Shown: positions 20,276-28,756, counted from the stretch's first letter. The stretch is 64,000 nt of DNA from Parcubacteria group bacterium (GCA_002687175.1 NYZP01000001.1:839-64838), one strand, 5' to 3'. Translations and numbers: made by a program. Notes: generated from the sequence alone by a model not told the origin.

Positions 20276-20701
20276 ATGCGTAAGACATTGATGTTTATGT
20301 GTACCTGCGCCGTAGCGCTTGCATTCGTTGCCCTGACGGCTGAGGCAGAGATTATATCTGTCACGAACAAAACCGCTATCGGCGTAACCACAGCGCAGGA
20401 CGCATCGAACCCAGCCCTGACGGCAACCTCGTATTGCAAGACTACGGGAACGATGATTGCAGCTATGCAGACGCAGAGTCCAGCTTCGGACATAGATCTC
20501 TTGCAGCTCGACACGGTCGAGAATACCACGGCAGAACCTCGCGACGCGGTCCAAGAACAGGAGGTCAGTGGCTTCGCCGCGAACATGAGACCGGCGATGG
20601 CGGACAGCTTCTTGCATTCGGCGATGATGATGGCCGAGAACTTGACGGCGAATCCCGCGAACACGGTAAATGAGGTGAGTGGCTTCGCCGCGAACATATG
20701 A
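20276..20701 (+). CDS. small secreted Thr/Ala-rich protein in GC-rich island (141 aa, signal peptide)
   Basis: GGAGGA SD 10 nt upstream. MRKTLMFMCTCAVALAFVALTAEA|E is a signal peptide. About 57% GC against about 33% for the flanks. Contains an internal EVSGFAANM/I repeat. In frame within the track ORF at 20240. Confidence 0.45.
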   Translation: MRKTLMFMCTCAVALAFVALTAEAEIISVTNKTAIGVTTAQDASNPALTATSYCKTTGTMIAAMQTQSPASDIDLLQLDTVENTTAEPRDAVQEQEVSGFAANMRPAMADSFLHSAMMMAENLTANPANTVNEVSGFAANI

Positions 20702-20710
20702 GACCGGCGA
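20564..20710 (+). repeat. two copies of a ~34-bp direct repeat (gt[c/g]agtggcttcgccgcgaacat(at)gagaccggcga) 77 bp apart
   Basis: Read directly: copy 1 at 20564-20597, copy 2 at 20675-20710. The second copy spans the stop codon of the island ORF. Confidence 0.7.
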
Positions 20711-21093
20711 CTATCACTGCCGCCAATCACTTCGCGCTGAACTGGGTGTTCAGCCGTAATGGTAGCGCTTCTCGCGCACTTTCTTCGGCTCCAGTGGCTC
20801 TGTTTCCTGGTTGATGCGTGAATCGTATCACACGAGTCTCTGACTAGCCTAAGTAACATTACAATTTACCCCTTACGCAGACGTTGACCTCACGGTTCGA
20901 CCTGCGTCCTACATTCCCCCAGACTTCAATAACAGGACAGCTTAGCAGCAGCCCAAGTTAAAGATTTCTGAGGGGTCTTTTTTTTATGATTGACTTTTTG
21001 TAAAATAAATGATAGTTTCAAGCTTAGAAACTAAATGATCTTTAACTTTTCATCTTGATTGACATCTCACCGTCAGTGGAGGGAGAATTTTCA

Positions 21094-21348
21094 ATGATAA
21101 GCTTAATAAACATACAATGTCCTCATTGTAATGTGCAAAAAGCAATCCTGATACCGCCAATAGGTTCAATTCTCATTGGATTATGTAAAGATTGTAATGA
21201 CTCTATTGCTATCTTCGAGGGTCAAGCATTAGCACTAGACACACAAATCATACGAACTGCTGATATCGAAAATCGCAAAAAACATCTGTTAGAAATTTTG
21301 GACAGATTCCTCAAAGAAAGAATTTTCGCATTGATGCCAGATGAATAA
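21094..21348 (+). CDS. small zinc-ribbon protein (84 aa)
   Basis: SD GGAGGGAG lies 8 nt before the ATG. MISLINIQCPHCNVQKAILIPPIGSILIGLCKDCNDSIAIF... has CPHC...CKDC. The track ORF at 21055 is an upstream extension. Confidence 0.5.
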   Translation: MISLINIQCPHCNVQKAILIPPIGSILIGLCKDCNDSIAIFEGQALALDTQIIRTADIENRKKHLLEILDRFLKERIFALMPDE

Positions 21349-21349
21349 C

Positions 21350-21394
21350 TCCCTCAGTTTTTTTAAAAGTTGAGGGATTTTTATTTGTTTTTTT
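21350..21394 (+). terminator. rho-independent terminator
   Basis: CCCTCA-(14 nt)-TGAGGG hairpin followed by a T-rich tract. Confidence 0.55.
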
Positions 21395-21422
21395 AAGGTC
21401 CTTAAGCTAAAATATAGGTGTT

Positions 21423-22856
21423 ATGAACATCAATTTATTCGGCAAATTGTTTAAAGGGGTAATTGCAACTTTAATTTTAACAGAGCTTTTTTCATTAGTC
21501 AGCTACCAAATACCACCACTAAATCAGGTGGCTTTTTTTGTTGTTTTGATTGTAGTACTGTTTTTATCATTACGAAAGTTAGAATACGGGCTTTATATTT
21601 TATTGGCTGAAATTTTTGTCGGGGGACTAGGACATCTATTTTCTTTTGATATTTTTGGGGTCTCCTTGTCAATTCGTCTAGGATTATTTTTAGTAATCAT
21701 CGGCGCTTGGCTTATTAAAATAATTAAGAAAAAAGAAAAATTCCAAATTCAAAATTCCAAATTCAAAATTCCAAATTTATTTTTAGCTATAGCTATTTTA
21801 ATTGGGGCAATTAACGGTTTATATAATAATGAATTAATTAACGTCTTCCTAGATTTTAATGCTTGGATCTACTTTTTATTAATTCCAGTTTTTCTAACGG
21901 TAATCAAAGGTCAAAAAATTATTGAAAATATTTTACAAATTTTAATTGGCGCTACAACTTATTTATCACTTAAAACTTTAATTGTCTTGTTTTTATTTTC
22001 CCATAACATTGCCGGCATCGGCGGATTTTTTTATAAGTGGATTCGTGATACCGGAGTCGGGGAGATTACTTTTGTTTCAGGAACTATTTTTCGAGTATTC
22101 TTCCAATCACAGATCTACGCCTTGATGGGATTTTTTATTGTCTTAGTGATTGTGGCCTACAATTTTAGGCTTAAAGAATGGAAAAAGTATGTTGTTCCAG
22201 TTTTATATCTTTATCTAACGTCATTAACTATTATTATTAGTCAATCAAGAAGTTATTGGGTTGGGGGACTGTTTGGCCTAATTAGTTTAATCATTTTTGG
22301 CTGGTGGAAATTTAATTTTAAACTCAAAAAAATTGTTGTTTTACTTTTAATGTCATTAATGTTTTTGGCTGATCAAATACTATTGATTAATTTTATAACT
22401 AACAACTTTTCGGGAAACTTAGTTGCTGACAGATTCAAAGGTTTACAAACAGAAGCGGCCGGAGTTAGTCGGCTTAATCAACTTGGTCCACTAAGTCAAG
22501 CCATATCCAGACAACCACTCTTTGGTTATGGCTTTGGTAAAGAACTAACTTACAAAAGTCTTGACCCCAGAATTTTGAATAATAATCCAGATGGCACTTA
22601 TACCACCTATGCTTTTGAGTGGGGCTACTTAGATATTTGGCTAAAGATTGGCTTACTGGGTTTATCTGCGTATAGCTTATTAATTGGTCTATTATTTTAT
22701 TTAGGATTAAAAAAAACCAGTTCAATCACTGGACTTAAAATTGGTTTGCTAACCGCCTTAACTGCTTTACTGGTAACTAATATTTTTTCTCCCTATCTTA
22801 ATCATCCTCTGGGAATTAGCTACATAATGCTTTTACTGGCAACGTTACGAGATTAA
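21423..22856 (+). CDS. O-antigen ligase/polymerase-like polytopic membrane protein
   Basis: 477 aa, at least 10 TM helices, a periplasmic loop with FGYGFG...YAFEWGY. Sits within the glycan gene context. Confidence 0.5.
   Translation: MNINLFGKLFKGVIATLILTELFSLVSYQIPPLNQVAFFVVLIVVLFLSLRKLEYGLYILLAEIFVGGLGHLFSFDIFGVSLSIRLGLFLVIIGAWLIKIIKKKEKFQIQNSKFKIPNLFLAIAILIGAINGLYNNELINVFLDFNAWIYFLLIPVFLTVIKGQKIIENILQILIGATTYLSLKTLIVLFLFSHNIAGIGGFFYKWIRDTGVGEITFVSGTIFRVFFQSQIYALMGFFIVLVIVAYNFRLKEWKKYVVPVLYLYLTSLTIIISQSRSYWVGGLFGLISLIIFGWWKFNFKLKKIVVLLLMSLMFLADQILLINFITNNFSGNLVADRFKGLQTEAAGVSRLNQLGPLSQAISRQPLFGYGFGKELTYKSLDPRILNNNPDGTYTTYAFEWGYLDIWLKIGLLGLSAYSLLIGLLFYLGLKKTSSITGLKIGLLTALTALLVTNIFSPYLNHPLGISYIMLLLATLRD
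21741..21778 (+). repeat. 14-bp tandem repeat (ttccaaattcaaaa x ~2.7) inside the ligase-like CDS
   Basis: Read directly. It encodes KFQIQNSKFKIPNL. The unit length is not a multiple of 3. Confidence 0.7.
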
Positions 22857-23792
22857 TTTTTTACCAATTAAATCTGTCTGGCCCCTTAAAAAATCTTGAC
22901 CAGACATTTCCTTTTTACCCTCGAGCTGAACTGAAGTAAGCTGAATAGCACCTTGGCTGCACTTTATAGCAAGCCCCTTATTTGGACCTAAAAATAGCTC
23001 TCCGGGAACTAAATTAGGGCTAAAATCACCCTCTAAAAGGCCTAAATTGACGATTTTAAGGCGTTTATTATCAAGATAGCTAAAGATGCCAGGCCAAGGG
23101 TAAAAAGCCTTAAATTGGCTAATTATCTCAGTAGCCTTTTTTTGCCAATTAACCTTTCCGTCATCGCGATCAATCAGCTTTGTCATGCTAACTGCTGACT
23201 CATCTTGAATGGCTGGTTTAATCTCTCCACCTAAATACCGCCATAAAATCTTAACAATCATCTCGGCTCCTAAATTAAATAGCTTGTCACTAAGACTTTG
23301 GGCATTATCATCGTCTTCGATGTTAATTTTTTCTTGAAAGACGATTGGTCCAGCATCCATCAGAGAAGTTAATTTAATAATTGATACCCCTGTTAGCTTA
23401 TCGTTATTTAGTAGCGTTGTTTGAATCGGTGAGGGACCACGATACTTTGGTAATAATGACGGATGAAGATTTAAAATGCCATGTTTTGGTTTAGACAAAA
23501 TTGCCTCTGGGATAATCATGCCATAAGCAACCAGGACTCCCAAGTCAACCTCCAACTCGTTAAAAATGTCACTAAGTTCTTGTTTATTGGCTGGCTGTAA
23601 CACTTCAATACTGTTATCTAAAGCTAATTGTTTAACCGGTGAAGCGATTAATTCCGACGAGCGGTTAACCGGTTTGTCAGGCTGGGTAATAACTAAAACA
23701 GGCTTTAAGTTGTTATCAATCAAAGCCCGTAAAGTAGGAGTTGCTAATTGTGGTGTTCCAAAAAAAACAATTTTTGGATTAAGATTTGTCAT
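22845..23792 (-). CDS. fmt: methionyl-tRNA formyltransferase
   Basis: KIVFFGTPQLATPTLRALIDN... is formyltransferase N-terminal. The gene sits downstream of def and overlaps it. Confidence 0.85.
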   Translation of the reverse strand: MTNLNPKIVFFGTPQLATPTLRALIDNNLKPVLVITQPDKPVNRSSELIASPVKQLALDNSIEVLQPANKQELSDIFNELEVDLGVLVAYGMIIPEAILSKPKHGILNLHPSLLPKYRGPSPIQTTLLNNDKLTGVSIIKLTSLMDAGPIVFQEKINIEDDDNAQSLSDKLFNLGAEMIVKILWRYLGGEIKPAIQDESAVSMTKLIDRDDGKVNWQKKATEIISQFKAFYPWPGIFSYLDNKRLKIVNLGLLEGDFSPNLVPGELFLGPNKGLAIKCSQGAIQLTSVQLEGKKEMSGQDFLRGQTDLIGKKLIS

Positions 23793-24288
23793 TACTTTTT
23801 TTCATTTTAGCCAGTACCTCTTGACCCTTAGTGATTTCTTTTGATCGATCAATAAATAAAATACCATTAAGATGATCCACCTCGTGTAAGATTACTCGGG
23901 CGAACAGTCCGTTGGCAGTAAACTTTATTTTTTTACCATTTTGATCAAAAGCGGAAACTCTAATTTTGATTGCTCGGCGAACCGTACCAAAAACTTCGGG
24001 GATACTTAAACAGCCTTCCTCTTCTTTTTCTTTTTTTAATGACTTCATTAAAATTCTGGGATTAATCAATACTACTGAACCATCATCAGTTCTAATTACG
24101 GTTAAACGAAGACTTTTGCCAATCTGGGGAGCAGCTAAGCCAATACCTTCCTCGGTAATCATTGTTTCTTCCATATCCAAAATCAGCTGCTGAATTTCAT
24201 CACTTTGAATTTCGGCAACTGTTAATTTTTTTCCCTTGATTCGTAAAACCGGATCAGGATAAATTTTTAAGGGTAAAACTTTAGTCAT
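23779..24288 (-). CDS. def: peptide deformylase
   Basis: GIGLAAPQIG, EGCLSIP and HEVDHLNG motifs. Confidence 0.9.
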   Translation of the reverse strand: MTKVLPLKIYPDPVLRIKGKKLTVAEIQSDEIQQLILDMEETMITEEGIGLAAPQIGKSLRLTVIRTDDGSVVLINPRILMKSLKKEKEEEGCLSIPEVFGTVRRAIKIRVSAFDQNGKKIKFTANGLFARVILHEVDHLNGILFIDRSKEITKGQEVLAKMKKSNDKS

Positions 24289-24299
24289 AGATTATGGTC

Positions 24300-24327
24300 A
24301 TTATAGCTAAAATATGAAAAAAATCAA
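24300..24327 (-). promoter_or_regulatory. candidate promoter for def-fmt (TTGATT-16-TATAAT on - strand)
   Basis: The reverse complement gives TTGATT, 16 nt, then TATAAT, about 12 nt upstream of the def ATG. Confidence 0.4.
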
Positions 24328-24340
24328 GTAGCTTAATTGA

Positions 24341-24369
24341 TTGACTTTTGACTAATAATTAGCTAAATT
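24341..24369 (+). promoter_or_regulatory. candidate promoter for small-peptide operon (TTGACT-17-TAAATT)
   Basis: Read directly. Divergent from the def promoter. Confidence 0.3.
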
Positions 24370-24430
24370 AGAATTAAGTTGCTCCTTGACTTTTAAAATA
24401 CCCCCTTACAACAAAGAAGGAGACATAGTA

Positions 24431-24601
24431 ATGGATAGCGTATTGATTGACAGCGGGTGGGATCTATTTTTGTTGTTTGCTATTTCATGGGTTGCAACAT
24501 TTCTGCTGGCTTTTGTAGTTATGGCAACCACTCATTTTTTCTTTGGCCCTTGGTTGAGAAGGCTACTGTTCAGAACTACTATCCAAGTAGCACTAAGCTA
24601 A
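24431..24601 (+). CDS. small hydrophobic peptide 1 (56 aa, 1 TM)
   Basis: SD AAGGAG lies 8 nt before the ATG. MDSVLIDSGWDLFLLFAISWVATFLLAFVVMATTHFFFGPWLRRLLFRTTIQVALS. Its stop overlaps the next SD (TAAGGAG). Confidence 0.55.
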   Translation: MDSVLIDSGWDLFLLFAISWVATFLLAFVVMATTHFFFGPWLRRLLFRTTIQVALS

Positions 24602-24611
24602 GGAGAATACA

Positions 24612-24701
24612 ATGGATATGTATTGGTGGGTTGTCATCCTTGGAATGGCTGGATTTATATTCCTTGGTGGTCTTTGGGAAAAATTCAAAAACCGCAAGTA
24701 G
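24612..24701 (+). CDS. small hydrophobic peptide 2 (29 aa, 1 TM)
   Basis: SD AAGGAG lies 6 nt before the ATG. MDMYWWVVILGMAGFIFLGGLWEKFKNRK. Confidence 0.5.
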   Translation: MDMYWWVVILGMAGFIFLGGLWEKFKNRK

Positions 24702-24712
24702 AAAGGATAATC

Positions 24713-24811
24713 ATGAAGTCGCTAGGTGAGATAATCGCCGTAGTATTAGCGGTTGGGTTTGTTACGTTATACGAATTTTTTCTAGCAATTAGGAAAATGA
24801 CAAACACGTAA
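24713..24811 (+). CDS. small hydrophobic peptide 3 (32 aa, 1 TM)
   Basis: GAAAGGA lies 5 nt before the ATG. MKSLGEIIAVVLAVGFVTLYEFFLAIRKMTNT. Confidence 0.45.
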   Translation: MKSLGEIIAVVLAVGFVTLYEFFLAIRKMTNT

Positions 24812-24832
24812 GACCATAGAAGGAGGTGGGTG

Positions 24833-25003
24833 ATGACTTTGTTAGAGTGGGGAATACTGATATTGGCCGCAATGTTTATCTGCAATATTGTGGCTACTGG
24901 CATGTTCGGTCGAATAACTGGTGTAAAAAGTGCTGCTGTTCTACTTTCGGTGGGAGCAATTTATTGCTTAATCTGCCTAGCCAGGGGTGATGAAGAAATA
25001 TAG
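24833..25003 (+). CDS. small hydrophobic peptide 4 (56 aa, 2 TM)
   Basis: SD GAAGGAGGTG precedes the start. MTLLEWGILILAAMFICNIVATGMFGRITGVKSAAVLLSVGAIYCLICLARGDEEI. Confidence 0.55.
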   Translation: MTLLEWGILILAAMFICNIVATGMFGRITGVKSAAVLLSVGAIYCLICLARGDEEI

Positions 25004-25017
25004 AAAGGAGGTGAATA

Positions 25018-25197
25018 ATGCCTTGGTACGGATGGGTGGTAATTGTTTGGTTTTCCATAAACACATGGTTAGCCGTAGATCAAGTAAGGAGTGATAGATT
25101 TAGTCTAAAAGAAACACCAATGGTGTTTTTGTTTGGCATACTGACTGTGGTTTGGTTCGTCATTGATTATATGGTTGAGCAAAGTAGGCGGATGTAA
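25018..25197 (+). CDS. small hydrophobic Trp-rich peptide 5 (59 aa, 2 TM)
   Basis: SD AAAGGAGGTG lies 4-6 nt before the ATG. MPWYGWVVIVWFSINTWLAVDQVRSDRFSLKETPMVFLFGILTVVWFVIDYMVEQSRRM. Confidence 0.55.
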   Translation: MPWYGWVVIVWFSINTWLAVDQVRSDRFSLKETPMVFLFGILTVVWFVIDYMVEQSRRM

Positions 25198-25302
25198 CCT
25201 AACACCGGTTACTGACTAAATTGCTCGTTCATTTCTCTTAGCTCAACACATTTGTGGGGAGCTTTTTTTTATATATTAAGTCTGTTATAATTTTAAAGAA
25301 CT

Positions 25303-25545
25303 ATGGAAGATTTTAAAAAAATTTTGGCCAATAAAAAAAGTATAAAACCGCCAGCTTATCAATGGCAATATTTAGCTTTGCGCATAATTGATGAACTAAA
25401 TATCCCAGCCAAGAAAAGAAACTCAGTCTTTCAAGTCTGTAAAAAATATCCTAAGGATTTTATTGAGAAATGTTTAAACGATACTAAAGAGCTGGCTCAA
25501 GAAGGGGAGCCGTGGCGATATTTTTTTAAATTAGTAAATAAATAA
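25303..25545 (+). CDS. hypothetical protein (80 aa)
   Basis: ORF-track entry with no recognisable motif. Followed by a hairpin at 25549-25568. Confidence 0.3.
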   Translation: MEDFKKILANKKSIKPPAYQWQYLALRIIDELNIPAKKRNSVFQVCKKYPKDFIEKCLNDTKELAQEGEPWRYFFKLVNK

Positions 25546-25548
25546 AAA

Positions 25549-25568
25549 AATCGTACTAAAACGATTTA
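25549..25568. terminator. hairpin AAATCGT-actaaa-ACGATTT, probable terminator for the - strand gene (T-run on - strand)
   Basis: Perfect 7-bp stem. The - strand reading is followed by TTTTTTTA. Confidence 0.4.
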
Positions 25569-25586
25569 AAAAATTATATCAATTTA

Positions 25587-26384
25587 TTACTGGAGTTTAA
25601 AATTACAAACTGTATAACCAACACCAAATGGTCCTTCGTAAGATAGCACTTCTGGTTCAATATTAAGTGATTCAATAATCCCTAATAAAATAATGATTGA
25701 CCGCAAGCCGCACTCGCCGGCTTCTTTTATTAAATTAGGATCCAGTTTTAAAATTCCTTGAATATCTTTCTTTTCAATTAACTCAACAATTTTTTTATCA
25801 AACACTGCACCTTGCTCCGAAAAACCACCGGGAGCATCTTTGGTTAATTTATGAGACAAATCAGCCGAACCAATCACCGCAAACCGTTTATTAATATTTG
25901 ATAGCTGTTGATATAAAAACTGGCCAAACTTAAAATGTTCTTCATAGCCTAAACCAGAGTAGGTGATGGGAATAATTTTAATATCCTTTAAATGCTGGGT
26001 AAAAAAATAAAGAGGGACGGAAAAACCGTAATCAATTTCTGATTCACTGGTTAACACCAAAGGAACCTGCTCGTGCTTTTCGTCACCAGCCCGAATCTGC
26101 TGAATTGACATGTAATCACTTTTAAATTTTAGTTCCAAACCAAAATCACCAAAATCTTTAAAGTTAGCCGAGTAATCAGCATTTAAATTAATATTAAAAG
26201 AATCATCCAAAATTTTACCATGAGGAGAAATGATTACAATGCTTTCCGGTTTGGCAGCATAAAACTCTTGCTCTAATTTCTTCATCGCCTCGTCGGTCTT
26301 GGAAATTTTGGCTAGATTGTCTTTACCAATCTCGGGAATCAAGACTGGCGGATGAGGAGTAATAGCAGAAAAAACTACAGGCAT
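25587..26384 (-). CDS. class III extradiol dioxygenase-like protein (LigB/YgiD family)
   Basis: MPVVFSAITPHPPVLIPE ... ISPHG ... GSADLSHKL are metal-binding His motifs arranged as in LigB-family catalytic subunits. Confidence 0.5.
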   Translation of the reverse strand: MPVVFSAITPHPPVLIPEIGKDNLAKISKTDEAMKKLEQEFYAAKPESIVIISPHGKILDDSFNINLNADYSANFKDFGDFGLELKFKSDYMSIQQIRAGDEKHEQVPLVLTSESEIDYGFSVPLYFFTQHLKDIKIIPITYSGLGYEEHFKFGQFLYQQLSNINKRFAVIGSADLSHKLTKDAPGGFSEQGAVFDKKIVELIEKKDIQGILKLDPNLIKEAGECGLRSIIILLGIIESLNIEPEVLSYEGPFGVGYTVCNFKLQ

Positions 26385-26390
26385 AAAAAT

Positions 26391-27752
26391 TTATTCAATG
26401 TCTTCACCTAGGGGGTGAATGTTAACGGCCAATTGGCTAGTTTCAATTATATTATCCCACTTGTATGCAAAATTGGCAAATGCTGATTCTGATTTAATCC
26501 AACGACGGAAACCATCCGAAATAACGTACACCTTAGAACCATCTTTAATTTTTATTAATTCACCATCTTCGAACTTGATTGGTAGACCAGTCAGGTATTG
26601 ATCAAGCTCTTCCGGACTAACTTGAGTTAACACCTTGCCTTTAAACTTAGCATCCATGATTTCCCGAGAATATATTGGATGTTTAACACCATCCTGAACA
26701 TGAAACACTCCACCACTTTGATCATCTTGAATTAAAGCACCGGTTGGATAGATACTTTCAACCGTAATTTCTACTCCATAGCTATAACCAGCTAAGTCAG
26801 CTTCGGTGACTTCAATGATTTCTTCGGGATTAAAACCAATTGTTCGAAAAACTTCTGGCGAGGAAATGTAACGTAAATCATCATCGACTAAAAGATACGT
26901 TTTGCCATCCGATAAACCTAAAATAGAATAGTTGTAAAATTGTATTGGCGAGCCATCTTCATATTTTTCTAAATCAGTTTGGGAAGTAGTGATAATTTTA
27001 TTAGGGTCAAACCGGGAAATAAAAACTCCCCAAGAAGTTACTAACCGTTTGGCACCATACTGAATCCACCAAACCGCCGGACTGTTATAGGATTTCAATA
27101 AAGAACCATCGGGATAGTCTCGTCCCCAGTAATTCTGCCAAATCTGCCAAAACCGATTGTTACCGTGATAGTGCGGCGTATAATTATAGAGATTGGCTGT
27201 CGCTTGATTAACTGGTTTAATATACCAGTCATCAATTAAAAATGTTTTATCTTTTTGATAAGTCCATTGAAAAGGGTTTTCAAAATATTGCCGAAGTTGC
27301 CAAGTAGCCCCATCAACTTGTTTACCAAAATCTAAAGTATTGGGATGACATGAACCGCTGTCCGGACAACGATAACCCATGGCTCGATCTAGACGCTTTT
27401 GAGTCGGGGAAGGGTCATCAATTAAACTTTGCTCTTTTTGCAAAGTGGCAATAATTACTTTCGGACTGATAAAACTTTCTTGAGCTGCTTGCCAAATTAT
27501 TTCCGAAGCCTTTTTATTGACCCCATTATAATCAGTAGTAATTAAATTAGCCAAACCACTATTACGCTGAATTAAAAATCCCTGAATGTCTTCCAAAGAC
27601 ATTGAAAGTTGATCAGTCATTTCTTCATCGGTAATCACAAAATGAGGATTAAAAAAATAGTCCTGCTCAGCGGCAACGACTGGCAAAAATGTCATCATTA
27701 AAAAACAGACACAACTTAGACTGAAAATTATCAATTTAGTAGTAGATATCAT
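26391..27752 (-). CDS. hypothetical secreted protein (signal peptide, 453 aa)
   Basis: N-terminal signal peptide (FLPVVAAEQDYFF). No recognisable catalytic motif. Confidence 0.45.
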   Translation of the reverse strand: MISTTKLIIFSLSCVCFLMMTFLPVVAAEQDYFFNPHFVITDEEMTDQLSMSLEDIQGFLIQRNSGLANLITTDYNGVNKKASEIIWQAAQESFISPKVIIATLQKEQSLIDDPSPTQKRLDRAMGYRCPDSGSCHPNTLDFGKQVDGATWQLRQYFENPFQWTYQKDKTFLIDDWYIKPVNQATANLYNYTPHYHGNNRFWQIWQNYWGRDYPDGSLLKSYNSPAVWWIQYGAKRLVTSWGVFISRFDPNKIITTSQTDLEKYEDGSPIQFYNYSILGLSDGKTYLLVDDDLRYISSPEVFRTIGFNPEEIIEVTEADLAGYSYGVEITVESIYPTGALIQDDQSGGVFHVQDGVKHPIYSREIMDAKFKGKVLTQVSPEELDQYLTGLPIKFEDGELIKIKDGSKVYVISDGFRRWIKSESAFANFAYKWDNIIETSQLAVNIHPLGEDIE

Positions 27753-27807
27753 AAGTTGATTATAACATTTTAAACTATGGTAGTTAAGTAAAATTTAACA
27801 AAGAAAA

Positions 27808-27838
27808 AAGGCGGTCACACTTTAGGTGAACGCCCATG
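27808..27838 (-). terminator. terminator of GC-rich two-gene cassette
   Basis: The - strand has a GGCGTTCAC...GTGACCGCC hairpin followed by TTTTTT. Confidence 0.45.
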
Positions 27839-27875
27839 ATTATAGATTTTGCCCTTTGAAGAAAAAGGCCTGGAC

Positions 27876-28061
27876 TTATTTGGGGATCCGTACTGATTTT
27901 CCCTGAGCATTTCTGATTTGAGCAAGTGCTTTGTCAGCACACTTCGGGCAATAGCCGTGACTAACACCAGGCCCTAAATCTTCCTTAGCTGCCAGAGACC
28001 ACGTAGCACTACCTTCGGGTCCTCGACGGATTTTTTTACAAACGCAACACTGCACTATCAT
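27876..28061 (-). CDS. small zinc-ribbon protein (61 aa) in GC-rich cassette
   Basis: MIVQCCVCKKIRRGPEGSATWSLAAKEDLGPGVSHGYCPKCADKALAQ... has CCVC...CPKC. About 50% GC. Start overlaps the upstream gene by 4 nt (ATGA). Confidence 0.5.
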   Translation of the reverse strand: MIVQCCVCKKIRRGPEGSATWSLAAKEDLGPGVSHGYCPKCADKALAQIRNAQGKSVRIPK

Positions 28062-28642
28062 GTATTAGTCTCTCCCTCCGATTGGCCGATAATTGAACGG
28101 CAGACCGGACAACAGCTGTGCTCCAAAAGCAAGGTAACAGTCTTGCCATTTAGCTGCTGCCAGGTTCCGTCTTGGCAAACTTTCTGACAACGACCGCAAA
28201 CCGGAACCAACTCTGGCTCTTGACCATCAGCGATCTCAGACGTCAGCTCGTCAACGTGCATTATGAACCAAACCCATGATCCTTGATCTAAGGAAAGTAC
28301 TGGAGTACCTGCCTCAATCTTGTCGGGATCTTCGGCCAGTACAGCACTTGAAAAAACAGCAATCTTCGTCTTGGGATCAAGTGCTTTCATTTGTTGAATC
28401 AACTGACTGCTACTGGCCAAATCGATAACGGTCAGATTAATAACCATTCGAAGCAGTCGCCACTGTTCGAAACAGTCACTTTGATCAACGGCCATCAGCA
28501 CATTAAAATGTGCTTCCGTCAGCTTTGACTCAAGCTGCTTGCGCATCTCTTCATCTTCGTGCAAGACCAACACAGTCCTGGGTTGGTTCCCTTCAAACAT
28601 TGTCCCTAGATCGTCTATTTCTGTGCATTGTTTCATGAGCAA
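28058..28642 (-). CDS. receiver (REC/CheY-like) domain protein with C-terminal Cys-rich zinc-ribbon-like region
   Basis: SD AAAGGAGG lies 8 nt before the ATG. The N-terminal region (VLVLHEDEEM...VIDLASSS...KIAVFSS...K) has the REC acidic pocket pattern. C-terminal VPVCGRCQ...SCCPVC. About 50% GC. Confidence 0.45.
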   Translation of the reverse strand: MLMKQCTEIDDLGTMFEGNQPRTVLVLHEDEEMRKQLESKLTEAHFNVLMAVDQSDCFEQWRLLRMVINLTVIDLASSSQLIQQMKALDPKTKIAVFSSAVLAEDPDKIEAGTPVLSLDQGSWVWFIMHVDELTSEIADGQEPELVPVCGRCQKVCQDGTWQQLNGKTVTLLLEHSCCPVCRSIIGQSEGETNT

Positions 28643-28756
28643 TGCCTCCTTTTTGGTTGTGGGTTAAAGCCACAATTTGAAAGGATAACATTGTTACAAA
28701 ATCTTGATGAGTCTATACAATATTTGTACAGACACCAGATAAAAAGAGCTTAAAAT

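Noticed and set aside
20132-20859. Overlapping track ORFs 20132..20617(-), 20269..20859(-), 20434..20673(+) inside the GC island
   Set aside because: Long open frames on all strands are expected in about 57% GC DNA. None has an ATG with an SD, and their composition is R/A/G/S-skewed. Only the + strand ORF at 20276 has an SD plus a signal peptide.
20873-20916. tRNA-like 'GGTTCGACC' T-loop-like motif
   Set aside because: The flanking sequence cannot form a T-stem, acceptor stem or cloverleaf, and there is no CCA or anticodon-arm candidate. It is a simple ACGCAG/CTGCGT hairpin.
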